A stretch of DNA of 64,000 nucleotides, from contig CM000434.1 in NCBI GenBank assembly GCA_000165345.1, forward strand, positions 640,001-704,000. Reading direction: 5' to 3'. Both the position numbers and the translations under genes were made by a program. The notes below the pieces were generated by a model that saw only the letters and a list, made by a program, of their open reading frames with translations, made no database searches and had not been told where the DNA came from. Shown piece after piece: positions 10,884 through 21,520 of the stretch (its first letter is position 1; each line of letters starts with the position of its first letter).

Positions 10884-11966
10884 TCACTTGTTAATTTCAC
10901 TGTTTAAATGAGAAGCAATAATAGTTTCAAAGTGATCTCTGGCATGTTCTATATTATATAAGGCAGATGCAGAGGTTACGCCTAATTTAACATTAATTAG
11001 ATGATATTTTATAGTAACTTGGTTATTTATTAACTTACTTTTATCGTTGATTACTACTAATATATATGAATTTTGAGTGAATCTTTTGATTATACTAGAG
11101 AAATTAGGGGTTTCCAAGTTTATACCAACAAAATTGGTCTGTGACTTTGCGCAAGTTAGCTTAAATTGCTTACAAATATTGGAAATTCTTTCAAAACGTG
11201 ATCTGTGATGCTTTGAATCTAAAGTATTCGAATTCTCAGCATGGGAAATCACAAGAAATGTAGACTTCTCGAAGAGAACTAATTCCACAGCATTACAAGA
11301 TTCCGCTAAAATCTTGAGATTTTTCTCCAAGAGTCCTACATTTGGTATCAATGCATATACAATTTCGCTCCAAGCTGCAAAAAGAGTTTCATCCCAAATC
11401 GTTGTTGGAAAAACTCTGTAATTCATGTTAGATGCAACCCTTCCTATTTCTCTTTCATAATAGTTTATAGCAGATTCCCTCTCTATTGCTGAAAGCTTAT
11501 CCATCTTGTGAACTAAACAAAATAAATGGGATTTAGGTGAAAGAAGCTTCAAATTCTCCACTGTGCTTTTAAAATAAGCAAAATCTTGTTCAATGTCTTT
11601 TGTTGCGTGCTTGGAAGAGTAGTCCTTTCGAACTTCTAATACATAAATTAATACTTCTGTGCTTCTAAATATATGTTCTCTTTGACTCTCAAAATAATTC
11701 TCCATAAAAATATCCTAAAAAACAGCTAATAAGAAAAACTACCTTGTAATTAATCTTCAAAAACTTACTTGGCCTCCACAATCCCAAAGACTTAACACCA
11801 TATTCCCAAAGAACCTTAAGTGTGAATGCTCTATATTATTTGTTGCTGTTAATCTACTTGTATCTTTTGGAAGATAATTCGCAAAGATTATACTCCTCAT
11901 AGAAGTTTTACCTGCTCCTGCTCGTCCCATTAACAATACTTTCTTTCTATCGGAGTTCATTTTCAC
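10884..11966 (-). CDS. Rag/Gtr1-family small GTPase (RagA/B-like), 2 exons
   Basis: Exon 1 is 11966..11769 and ends WDCGGQ. A 54-nt intron (GTAAGT...TTTTTAG) spans 11768..11715. Exon 2 is 11714..10884 and starts DIFMENYF. The spliced junction reproduces the conserved GGQDTFMENYF of RagA. The P-loop GRAGAGKTS and HKMD motif are present. Confidence 0.85.
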
Positions 11967-12017
11967 TAATTTTTATTTACACATTTCCCCATGTACCTTA
12001 AATATATGGCAAGAAAA

Positions 12018-12027
12018 GGCGCCAAAG
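12018..12027. promoter_or_regulatory. E2F-like GGCGCCAAAG in the divergent RagA / 12232 promoter
   Basis: 52 bp upstream of the RagA ATG at 11966 (minus strand). Confidence 0.45.
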
Positions 12028-12231
12028 TTCTCATAAGGAGTCATAAGTCAATAGCAATATTAAAATGTAAACGAAGTCCTAATTTATTAAGGAGAGTAAA
12101 TTACAGTTTAATGATACTCTTGATTTATTTAATAGGAAAAAGTATCTGGTCTATTACTTGAAGCTATATCTTGGGGAATCAATAGATCAAAAGAAGGTAA
12201 GAATTATTAGATTTGCCATATATAAGTCAAA

Positions 12232-14880
12232 ATGATTCAAATTCCCGAAAAAACTCAGAAAGACTCTTCAATTTATGGCTTAATTGGTGAATTTGACTTT
12301 TTTGGGGCCTCTGATTCAGATTTTGGAGAGCTTGTCCACACTATTGTTGACCAAATTGGAGGAGAAAATACCAATAATGAAAAGTTGTTTGATGTATTAA
12401 AGAAGAAATTAACCATTCTAGATAATGGGACATTAAACTTGTTTGCTCCTACTAAGTCTTCAAAGCCAGATATTAAGGATATTGTTCTACCCGATGAATC
12501 ATATTTTGACTGTAAGTCAAGTCTGAAGAAAGAGTTGAAAAGTATTTGCCAAAATGCTCAAATAGATTCACAGATTTTTCATTCAAAAGATCTTTCCATT
12601 TTAAGGTTTGTCTTTTCCTATCATAAGTTTTTTAACCCTCAAAATGAGACTAGATATCCCCAAGATTATGATTTTTATGTTATTAAGCATCCCAATACTG
12701 ACTTTAATGGATGCAGGACTTTTGCTATCAAGAAGAAACATGGAAAATCCTCTAAACAGGATGAATCTGATAATGAACAACAACTTATTCCAATTAGTTA
12801 TGTGTCATCTGTTGACAATATTACTACAAAATGGGAAAAGGCAGGAAAAAGGATTATTAACTTAATGCAAGCTATTGTTAACATTGTTCCTAGTGATATT
12901 AAGTTATTTATTACTACTATGCAGGATATTTATCCAATAGCTTTTAGAAATTCTTTGGATTCTTATATTTTGTACTCAAAGCTATTATTTCATGGAATTA
13001 AACTAATTCCTTCAACAATGAGTATTTTACTCAGATTTCTCATTAATAAACTCATCTCTTTAGAGTCTGAGATTCATTCCAAAAATCCAAATAACTATAC
13101 TAAAGAAAGGTTCGAAAAATGGAGACAAGAAGAACTTCAGACAGTTGCAATTAAGATCAGGAGAGGAGAATATGCAGACATTAACTCTGCAAAGTCTTAT
13201 ATACAAGATTTGGATGGTCTAAAAGCTCAATTTTCTCAAAGGTTTACAGAGGAAGATATTGATAGAAATGCTCAGGTTATTGATAATGTTATGAAAGGAC
13301 TATTTGATTTTATTTCTGAAGTATATGAAAATGGTTTCCAATATACTAAAATCTTTGTAAACTCTACTGAAACTTCATATTCTACTCAAACCAAAAACTT
13401 GAAAGTTCCCAGCAATGTTTCAAATATTCTCTCAAGTAGTGATTTGGAATCTTCTGCAGTAGAAGATATTGTTGTTTCAGGATATGGAAAGAAAGAGGAG
13501 TTGTTATACAAACAATTTGTTGATCTTGAAAGCACAATTTTGAATATATTTGAAACTCAAATTCTTGCAATAGAAAGTTGTCAATTCGTTAATTATATTC
13601 CTATATATTTGGTTTGTCATTGCGATTCTTGGTGCGAGAAATTCCTTCAAATTATCTTTAAGAAGTTGTTCAATCCCCATGAGACACTTATCATCAGAGA
13701 ATCCTCAGTAGATTACATTGTATTCTTTGTAACAAACTACCAAATAGTTTGCAACTTTAAATTTTACACACCTTGTATTAAATATTTAATGCAGTTTCTT
13801 CACGACTTTGTTGCTCATTGGAGTATTGAAAAATCTGATCAGAACTTAAGCTCCCAAGAAATTCTTCATTCAAATAAAAGATCAGGATTTAAAAGAAGTT
13901 TTGGAGGTGATTCTCAGAAACATTCACATCTTACTTTAAGAAATTTGTTCGGTTTATATTGTCATGTTGTATTTTCTCTTTGTAAATTTGTTTCAGTTAT
14001 AATAAATGCCATTTTAAGCGAAAATATCCAAGATAGTTCTTTTGAAGATTTATGCTTTCTCATTGACTCTTTACTAAACATGAACCGAGGTTTTATTCCA
14101 TTTATATTATGTGGAGATTTATCTCCAATTAATAATATAGACCCAAGTACTCTTACAATTTTTCTAAAATCTGTTATAATACTGATTTACAAGGTGATTT
14201 CTATTCAAAAGGAGAAATTAAGCATCTCAAAATATTATGGTGCTATTAAGCTTATTTCTGAACTCTTGAATTCCAATAGTAACAAGGAGATAGTTAAAGT
14301 TGAATCAAAGTTATTCTTAGATAAATTATGGCTATGGCATTCTGGAAAATACGTAAACAAATTCAAAACTTCCAACTCTAATTTAATAGAAGACCAAGAT
14401 ATTTCATGCCATATTTTAGAGCTCCTAAAGATGATAGAAGATGAAATGGAAATTCATTCTGAAGAAGAGCCAGAACCTCCAAATCAAGAAATCGATATCC
14501 CAGAAAAAAAATATGGTGAAATGGAGTCATCTATTCTTCCAGAACAATCCCTTTGGGAGTATGTATGGGGAGATGTTCCAGTTTCACATGAAGAATTGGA
14601 ACAAGAGCTTTATGTGACAAAAAACAAAATGTATAAAGAAGATTTGGACAAACAGCTCGACTACTCAAGGGAAGAGTTGAATGGACAAGATGAGGACAAA
14701 GAACCCAAAAGAGGCCTATGCTCAAAGAAACCAAGTTCTTCAGGAATGTCATTATTAGACACTCTTTTATCCTCGGATGCTTTCAAACGTGGAGAAGCTA
14801 TTCTACATAGTTATCAACGAAAACATTCCCCTTCAGGGAAAAAGATGAATAAATTTTCTAGGAAATCTAGGCTATTTTAG
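12232..14880 (+). CDS. hypothetical 882-aa protein
   Basis: Long uninterrupted ORF with an acidic segment near the C-terminus. No confident family assignment. Confidence 0.5.
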   Translation: MIQIPEKTQKDSSIYGLIGEFDFFGASDSDFGELVHTIVDQIGGENTNNEKLFDVLKKKLTILDNGTLNLFAPTKSSKPDIKDIVLPDESYFDCKSSLKKELKSICQNAQIDSQIFHSKDLSILRFVFSYHKFFNPQNETRYPQDYDFYVIKHPNTDFNGCRTFAIKKKHGKSSKQDESDNEQQLIPISYVSSVDNITTKWEKAGKRIINLMQAIVNIVPSDIKLFITTMQDIYPIAFRNSLDSYILYSKLLFHGIKLIPSTMSILLRFLINKLISLESEIHSKNPNNYTKERFEKWRQEELQTVAIKIRRGEYADINSAKSYIQDLDGLKAQFSQRFTEEDIDRNAQVIDNVMKGLFDFISEVYENGFQYTKIFVNSTETSYSTQTKNLKVPSNVSNILSSSDLESSAVEDIVVSGYGKKEELLYKQFVDLESTILNIFETQILAIESCQFVNYIPIYLVCHCDSWCEKFLQIIFKKLFNPHETLIIRESSVDYIVFFVTNYQIVCNFKFYTPCIKYLMQFLHDFVAHWSIEKSDQNLSSQEILHSNKRSGFKRSFGGDSQKHSHLTLRNLFGLYCHVVFSLCKFVSVIINAILSENIQDSSFEDLCFLIDSLLNMNRGFIPFILCGDLSPINNIDPSTLTIFLKSVIILIYKVISIQKEKLSISKYYGAIKLISELLNSNSNKEIVKVESKLFLDKLWLWHSGKYVNKFKTSNSNLIEDQDISCHILELLKMIEDEMEIHSEEEPEPPNQEIDIPEKKYGEMESSILPEQSLWEYVWGDVPVSHEELEQELYVTKNKMYKEDLDKQLDYSREELNGQDEDKEPKRGLCSKKPSSSGMSLLDTLLSSDAFKRGEAILHSYQRKHSPSGKKMNKFSRKSRLF

Positions 14881-14980
14881 ATAAAATAATATGACTAATT
14901 CTATATATTTGTTGTTAATATTTGTAAGTTGGAATATTTTTTTATTTTCTTAATTTTTAATGTGTGAATTAAATTTTAAT

Positions 14981-14990
14981 TTGGCGCCAT
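14981..14990. promoter_or_regulatory. E2F-like TTGGCGCCAT, promoter of the METTL13-like gene
   Basis: About 50 bp upstream of ATG 15036. Confidence 0.45.
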
Positions 14991-15035
14991 TTGTCAAACC
15001 AATAATTATTATTATTCTTAGGAAATTATTAGGAA

Positions 15036-17129
15036 ATGGAGCTACTACCAAATTCAGTGGAAGATTTTACAAGTAGTGAATACTGGAGTGAGTTCTTTAA
15101 GAAGTATGGAGGCGAAAGCAACCGAGCATTTGAATGGTATGGAGACTTTGAGGTTCTGAGGGACCTTTTGATACAATCTTTACGTAATAGTGGCAGGTCA
15201 GAACTAGACAATAAGAGGATTTTGCATGTAGGATGTGGAAATTCCACTCTTCCAGCTAAATTGTATGATGAAGGTTTTACAGATATTACAAACATTGACT
15301 TTTCAAGTCAGATTATTGAGTTAATGAGAGAAAAAAATAAGTCCAGGGAAGGATTAAAATGGGTTTGTATGGATATTGAGAAGGACTTTGGTGATTACGT
15401 TGAGAAGGCGGAAAATTTGGGAAAATTTGATACGATTATAGACAAAGGGTTTTTGGATGCTTATTTATCAGACAGTACATCTGAGAATGGACTTTCTTCA
15501 AGAAAAAAATCAACTGATTTTTTGAATTCATCCATTAATCTTTTAGCTCCAAATGGAAGGTATATTTTGATTACTCTAGGCCAGGAGTATGTAGCTAAAG
15601 CTTTAACTATGGGGTTATATAATAAAGGTCTTGAGGTTATTGTTGAGCCTTTAGTTGGAATTAAAGATTCAAAGTTTCTTCCATATTATATTGAGATTAT
15701 CAATAAAAGTGATTTTCAGAATTTTGAGAAGTCATTTTTTAGATTCAGAGGATCTGGGACTGAGGAAATTTGTAGTGCTGAAGGTCAGTGTATTTGGACT
15801 TTAGCAAAAAGACTTAAGGAGCTTTCTGCTATGTTTTGGAATAACAAATATATTGGTGATTTTATGCCAGGAGAAATAAAGGAATACCAGCTTAATATAA
15901 AGGAATCCAAGAATAGCCTTTTTATCACTGTATATGATACAATGAGCAAAGAAAAGAAAAGAAAGCTTACAGTAGGTCTTCTCGTACCTTTAGGAGAGGA
16001 GCAGGATTGGCTTTATTCTACAAGAAAGGGGTTTGAAGAAATCTGTAGTCAAGCCAAGTGTAAGAGATTAATTGTGATTTCAAGATTCTATTCAGATTCA
16101 GAGGAAGCTTTGAAAGTAAGTGAACAGGAAATCCTGGATGAAATTTCGAATAATATCTCTCCTTTAGCTTTAAAAGGTTCTAACAGATTTCCTATTCTAA
16201 CTGTAGGCGGAGACAAGAATCTAGACAAAAAATGTATTTATAGCTGTGATTCAAAGTACTCTAAGGAAATACTTGTTTATGATATTCAAGAGTCTGGTAT
16301 TGAGAAGAGACAAATGATTTTCAGGTCAAGCCCAAGACTTATTCAGTCTGAAGTAGTAATTCGAAGAAATGATTCGAAAACAATTGAAATTGACTATTTA
16401 AGTGGGTTTTCAAATTATTATGTAGGAGTTATATTGGTTTCAAGTCTTATTTTGGATACTAAAAATCAAGACAAAACGAGAAACGCTCTCATTTTAGGCT
16501 TAGGAGGAGGAATCTTAGCTTCAATATTGAGAAAGTTTTATTCAAAGCCTAAACTCCATATTTCTGCAGTTGAAATTGATGAGAATGTAATGAATGTAGC
16601 GAAAAATTACTTTGGATTTTCTGAAAGTGAAACCAAAGTTATTATTGGAGATGCACTGGACTATGTTAATAACAATTATTTAGAGATTAAAGACTCTCTG
16701 GATTATATTATTGTAGATATTAACTCTGGAAATGTGAATGATTCTCTTATGTGTCCAGGAGTAGAGTTTCTTTCTAAAGGGTTTATAGAGAAGCTAATTG
16801 TTTCTTTAACAAAAGATGGTTGTATTGTTTATAACGTTTCATGCAGAGACTCTAATAGAAGAGAAGAGCTTTTTAATGAATTTAGAGATTTGTTGAATAA
16901 AATGGAAGAGAAAACTAATTCCAAAAGAATGATTCTTCAGGCAGTGGAGACAGGAGATGATGAGATTAATGAACTATGGATAATCAAAAGAGAAACAAAT
17001 GATAATATTGAAAAAGTTAGAAACTTTATAATAGAAAATGAATTATTTATAGGTAGTCAGGAAAATACATCTTTAGAGACATATGATAAAAAGGATCTCT
17101 GGATTAAGAGGTTCTCAAATCTTAAGTAG
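15036..17129 (+). CDS. METTL13-like dual methyltransferase (eEF1A-KNMT family)
   Basis: 697 aa. The N-terminal class I SAM methyltransferase has motif I ILHVGCGNS. The C-terminal spermidine-synthase-like MTase has ALILGLGGG...VEIDENV. Confidence 0.75.
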   Translation: MELLPNSVEDFTSSEYWSEFFKKYGGESNRAFEWYGDFEVLRDLLIQSLRNSGRSELDNKRILHVGCGNSTLPAKLYDEGFTDITNIDFSSQIIELMREKNKSREGLKWVCMDIEKDFGDYVEKAENLGKFDTIIDKGFLDAYLSDSTSENGLSSRKKSTDFLNSSINLLAPNGRYILITLGQEYVAKALTMGLYNKGLEVIVEPLVGIKDSKFLPYYIEIINKSDFQNFEKSFFRFRGSGTEEICSAEGQCIWTLAKRLKELSAMFWNNKYIGDFMPGEIKEYQLNIKESKNSLFITVYDTMSKEKKRKLTVGLLVPLGEEQDWLYSTRKGFEEICSQAKCKRLIVISRFYSDSEEALKVSEQEILDEISNNISPLALKGSNRFPILTVGGDKNLDKKCIYSCDSKYSKEILVYDIQESGIEKRQMIFRSSPRLIQSEVVIRRNDSKTIEIDYLSGFSNYYVGVILVSSLILDTKNQDKTRNALILGLGGGILASILRKFYSKPKLHISAVEIDENVMNVAKNYFGFSESETKVIIGDALDYVNNNYLEIKDSLDYIIVDINSGNVNDSLMCPGVEFLSKGFIEKLIVSLTKDGCIVYNVSCRDSNRREELFNEFRDLLNKMEEKTNSKRMILQAVETGDDEINELWIIKRETNDNIEKVRNFIIENELFIGSQENTSLETYDKKDLWIKRFSNLK

Positions 17130-17148
17130 ATAGGAGTCAGAATTTGAC

Positions 17149-17799
17149 TCATTGTTTACTGCTTGATAAGTATAATTGAATATGATATATTTTTCTCTGT
17201 TCATCCCAATATGTTTGAGTTCTTTGCTTAATTAGCTCTATATTTGGAATTCTTATTCCAATAGTATTATAAGGTTCAGCTCCCACAAATAAGTATTGGT
17301 ATTTCGGGTTAGGTTTTTCAACCTTTTGTTCCCAACAAGACATGATTCTGTAACCAGGAATATGATCCTCAAGAATTTCTTGGAAATAGAATTTGCAATA
17401 TACACAGTTAGTACCAGTTGACCCTTCTCTATGCTTGGAGACTTTATATTTTGGTTGTCCTATCCTTGGAGCTCTTGGCTTAGCTTGCTCTGGATTTTCA
17501 GCCTGAGGTTTCACAACAGCCTTCAAATTTTTCTCTTTGGATGCTCTATATGCCAGATTTGTTTGGTGTTTCCTTCCTTGAGTATGAGACAAATATGATC
17601 CCTCATTTGTGTGAATTGTAGAACAAAGTCTGCATTCAACTTGTCCAAGGTGGTTCTTCATATAGTAAGGATCCTTAGAAAGATCTATGGACTCTAGAGC
17701 AAGCCTCCTAAGTCTCTCTCTCCTCTCAATTGCAATATCCTGGGAGCTCGCCAGAGCTCCACTACCCGTTTTGTGGCCTCCTCTGTTTTCATAGTCCAT
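17149..17799 (-). CDS. SF3A2: splicing factor 3a subunit 2 (SAP62/Prp11)
   Basis: 216 aa. RERLRRLALESIDLSKDPYYMKNHLGQVECRLCSTIHTNEGSYLSHTQGRKHQTNL is a near-exact match to the SF3A2 matrin-type C2H2 zinc finger and N-terminal region. Confidence 0.85.
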   Translation of the reverse strand: MDYENRGGHKTGSGALASSQDIAIERRERLRRLALESIDLSKDPYYMKNHLGQVECRLCSTIHTNEGSYLSHTQGRKHQTNLAYRASKEKNLKAVVKPQAENPEQAKPRAPRIGQPKYKVSKHREGSTGTNCVYCKFYFQEILEDHIPGYRIMSCWEQKVEKPNPKYQYLFVGAEPYNTIGIRIPNIELIKQRTQTYWDEQRKIYHIQLYLSSSKQ

Positions 17800-17848
17800 T
17801 TTCTCTTTTAAGTAGAGTCATTTTCTATTAGTTTTTTTTCACAGCACC

Positions 17849-17872
17849 TTGGCGCCAATTGCGCCAAAATAA
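17849..17872. promoter_or_regulatory. tandem E2F-like TTGGCGCCAATTGCGCCAAAAT in the divergent SF3A2 / HAD-phosphatase promoter
   Basis: 50 bp upstream of the SF3A2 ATG (minus strand) and 220 bp upstream of the HAD exon 1 ATG. Confidence 0.5.
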
Positions 17873-18092
17873 TATGCAAGTTCACGAGCATGAATTTGCT
17901 GAAATAAAAGGAAGAAAAAAAATGGTTGAAAAATGAATACATATTCATCTGTTTAGGTTAATATACAATAATCAAGGTCTTAATTAGGGTAACTCTGAAA
18001 GTTGTACTTATTCAATTTTTGGAGTTTTGTAAATTAGATTACTATTTTTAGATTTAGGAAAGCTTGGTCAGCTATTACTTAATCAAGAAAAT

Positions 18093-19521
18093 ATGGTCAG
18101 AGTTCAGTTGTTTTACAATTCCTCATGGGAACGAGTCTTTTTTTACAGTGATGAGCAAGAAAACCTTTTTGATAATGAGCAGAAGTGGGTATTTAGAGAA
18201 ATGAAACCATTAGAAGAAAATTTGGACTGGCATACAATCGAGTTGGAAACAAAAAGGTATGTTGTTTTTTGAAGAATAGGTCTGAAAAGTTAACTTTCTA
18301 CTATTTAGAGCTTTTTTGGAGTTTGTTTTGTGTAATACTGAGAAAACAGAATGGGACAATCCTCCTAGTTCATATGGTAGAAAAAATTACTTTATTAGTA
18401 TCAAAGATGCAGAGAGGGAGTCAGGAAAAGATGCCAAAAAAGGTCTAAAATTTTGTCTAAAGGATGGAAACTTAAGCCATATAGTTTCAAGACCTCCAAT
18501 TGCAATTGTAACAGACTTGGATGGAACTTTGATAGGACATGACGAGTATTTGAAGATGTTCAATGAGATTTGGATTAGACAGCATATGTTCAATAATTCC
18601 AAATTAATCTACTCAACTGGTAGGAACCTCAAAGATTTCCTCCTTGCAGCAAAGCAATTCAATCTTCTTAGACCTGACTATGCAATTTGCGGGGTAGGAA
18701 CAGAAATATATGAATTTCCAAATAAAGAAATGAATCTTGAGACATTTTGTCAAAGGTTATCCAATACTATAGGAAGGAATGTAACAAAAGAGGAATTATT
18801 TTCCTTGTTGAGATTCCAGGACATGGGGGAGCGTGTTGAAACCAAGGAGGGAGACGAGGAGAAAGTGACCAAAGATGTGAATCCCATGTTCCCAAGATGG
18901 TGCAAAAGCAGGTTATTTGCTTGGCCTGTGGATAAGTGGTTGGAAATCATAAGAAAAACATTCAACAGAGATGAATTGAAAAAAGAAATTCAAGAAAATC
19001 TGAACAAGATCGGTCTAGAATATTACATTAATGGAAACAACTTTCATGATCCATTTCGTCTATCAGTATCCATCAAAACAGAATATGCTTTGAAAGTGTA
19101 TGAGGAAATACAAATAAACAAAAAAAGCTATAGGTTCGCCATTAGCGGACAAGGAGCATGGAAATATTTAGATGTGCTTCCTGATAAAGGTGGAAAGCAC
19201 TTATCTATAATATTTCTCCAAGATGAGATTCTAGGAAATTCTATCCCTTTGGAAAGGTTTCTGGTATGCGGAGACTCTGGAAATGACGCTCATATGTTTA
19301 CAATCGAGACATGCAAAAACTGTTGTGTCGGAAATGCTCAACAGGATCTCAAGGATTTCTTATTAGGAGGTTGCCTAGTGAACAGTGATGAGCCTGAGTC
19401 AAGAAAAGTCTTGAGTAGCCAGAGTGAGCTCCTATGTAGAATTATGGCTTGCCAGAATCTGAAGCCTCCAAAAAAAGTAAGTTTTACTCCAAAAATGTCA
19501 TTTTGTATTTCACTCAATTGA
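18093..19521 (+). CDS. HAD-superfamily sucrose-phosphatase-like hydrolase with an extra N-terminal exon
   Basis: Exon 1 is 18093..18256 (MVRVQLFYNSSWERVFFYSDEQ...). The intron 18257..18308 has a GTATGT donor and TATTTAG acceptor. Exon 2 is 18309..19521. HAD motif I IVTDLDGTL and motif IV GDSGND are present. The ORF track started at an internal TTG at 18316. Confidence 0.65.
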
Positions 19522-19940
19522 ATCTGAACTTGATTAGGTTTTCATTTCTATGTTGCCAAATGCTGGCGGAATTATTCAAGCATTAATACATAATGATTTT
19601 ATCACCTATAATATCGACAGTCCAAGCAGTTGATTAGACTTTGGTTAAGTCGGAAACTTGGGTAGCTTTAAAGCCAGATACAGGTCCCGATTCGAATGAG
19701 GGGCCCAAGAAGACGGGGGATCGGAAATATTGAGTATATCTCTGATACTCAACTCCTTTCAAATGATAAGTATATCAGACACTCAGCTATCTTTCTTTCT
19801 CTTTATCTCTCTCTTTCTTTTCTCTATAATAGTTGAAATCCTTCCTATCATTACATCCAATATATTCTAAACGGCTACTATCCGAATATGGGAATAGATA
19901 GCTAATAATTCGCTACCGAGTCTCATATATAAGGCAAAGA

Positions 19941-20723
19941 CTAATAGAAAACTTGGTCTCTTCCAATTGGTAGTTGGGAGTCGTACTTAACCATCTTGAA
20001 GTTTCTTTCTTCTTCGTTAATTTCTTTTACGAGCTGTCTTTTAAGGATATTTGTTGAGTCAATTGGGATTGACATAGAGTTTTCTTGATTATCCACAAAT
20101 GATTCGCAAATCAAGGGAATGTTGGATCTAAAAGAAATAGGGAATACTTCTTTAAAGTGTTCATTATTTGAAGAGTCATTGAGATGGTTGCGCCCAAATT
20201 TCTCAATAAAACTATTACAATTGCCACCTTTGTGTAAGAGATCATCACTCTTTTCTAAATTAATGCCTGAACTATTCTTGAAACTTCGATCGAGATCACT
20301 CATATCTACCTCAGAGTCAGAAGTTCCATCATCGTCTTCATCTTCAGTTAAAAAGCTTCCTTCACTTGTGGATTCGCAGTCATCATAATAGGTCCAAGAC
20401 GCACCTCCAATAGCTTCATTCTGTGTAGAGACGGGGTTTGGAGAGGTTACAATAATGTAACTAGATGATCTATTATGAATTTGAGATATAGAAAGGTTTT
20501 CTTGGGAATTTTCATAAGGAATTACTAATAGATCTTCGGTTCTAGTTTGTATTGGCGGAAGCTCGTCAACAATTCTAACATCACAAATATCCAGGATTGT
20601 AGAGAGAGATAGATTAGAAAGTGAGGATATATCATACTTTTCCGATCCAAGGGATTCATTAATTAGAATAATTGACTGCTTTATCTCCTCCAATACTTGG
20701 TTGATTACAGGTTCCGATTCCAT
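19941..20723 (-). CDS. hypothetical acidic Ser-rich protein
   Basis: 260-aa ORF with Asp/Glu/Ser-rich low complexity. Confidence 0.4.
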   Translation of the reverse strand: MESEPVINQVLEEIKQSIILINESLGSEKYDISSLSNLSLSTILDICDVRIVDELPPIQTRTEDLLVIPYENSQENLSISQIHNRSSSYIIVTSPNPVSTQNEAIGGASWTYYDDCESTSEGSFLTEDEDDDGTSDSEVDMSDLDRSFKNSSGINLEKSDDLLHKGGNCNSFIEKFGRNHLNDSSNNEHFKEVFPISFRSNIPLICESFVDNQENSMSIPIDSTNILKRQLVKEINEEERNFKMVKYDSQLPIGRDQVFY

Positions 20724-21435
20724 GATTCTTCCTTAATAAATAAACACGTTTTTCGAACGCATACAATTCAAGTTAGGCCACTGATTGTATATTAATTGTT
20801 ATTTTAGGCTACTTGGTTCAACTTTTATCATACACGTTTGAATAAGTTAGTCTTCTACTCTACATATTAAAATTGGCTACTACTTTGCGTTTGGTAATTT
20901 TATGCCATCTTTCCTGCGGGCCAGAAATTAATAGAAAATACCCTCTAATAACTTTGGCAGTAAAATAACAAAAATTAAACTTTTGCCCCTCCTTGCCGGA
21001 TTATTGGTTAGATTTGTTAATTTATATATTTTTTTTTAATAATTTTTTGATTATTAGTTGTAAAACAGATTTTTTGAAGCAAGGATATTATTACTTTTTG
21101 TTAAGTTTTGATTAGAATAGGCCTTCCATAAAATTGGCTGTAAATAAGGCAGTTGGAAGCTCTAAATAGAAATTTAATTTCCAAGACTATAAGATAATGT
21201 GATTTTGAATGACCTTTCTGAATTTCACGTAATAGATTGCTTTTTTTATTAAAAAAACTTCAACAAATAAATTGAACATTCTCTGCCGCCAAATTCAACC
21301 ATTAATTATTGAAAAATATTCAAATTTGAATAAATCTCATATTTTTGCGATTTTTTGCAAACAAAACCACATAATTTTAACATTCTGCTCTGACCTTCAT
21401 CTTTGTCCACAAATTTTAGCATGTTTTAGTGGCAT

Positions 21436-21520
21436 ATACCGGTGTTTTGACATTCAGGCGTTTCCCGCCTAAATTCGTATGTAAATTGGCCGCTAGCATG
21501 AAAAAAGCATGTAAAACAAT
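21436..21520. promoter_or_regulatory. promoter motif cluster: ATACCGGTG, E2F-like GTTTCCCGCC, GCATGTAAAA, TACATGCAAAAAAAAC
   Basis: Immediately upstream of ATG 21521. Confidence 0.45.

Noticed and set aside
10696-10887. 63-aa minus-strand ORF
   Set aside because: It overlaps exon 2 of SRP14 on the opposite strand. SRP14 has clear homology and this ORF does not.
19680-19705. GATTCGAAT-containing segment resembling a tRNA T-loop
   Set aside because: No 5-bp T-stem flanking a 7-nt loop on either strand, and no D-arm, anticodon arm or acceptor stem. I could not fold it as a tRNA.
19660-19720. GATACAGG... resemblance to the U6 snRNA 5' region
   Set aside because: It lacks the invariant ACAGAGA and AGC triad, so I do not take it as U6.
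21272-21472. 66-aa plus-strand ORF upstream of 21521
   Set aside because: It lies inside the promoter motif cluster (ATACCGGTG, E2F-like site) and has no homology or coding features.
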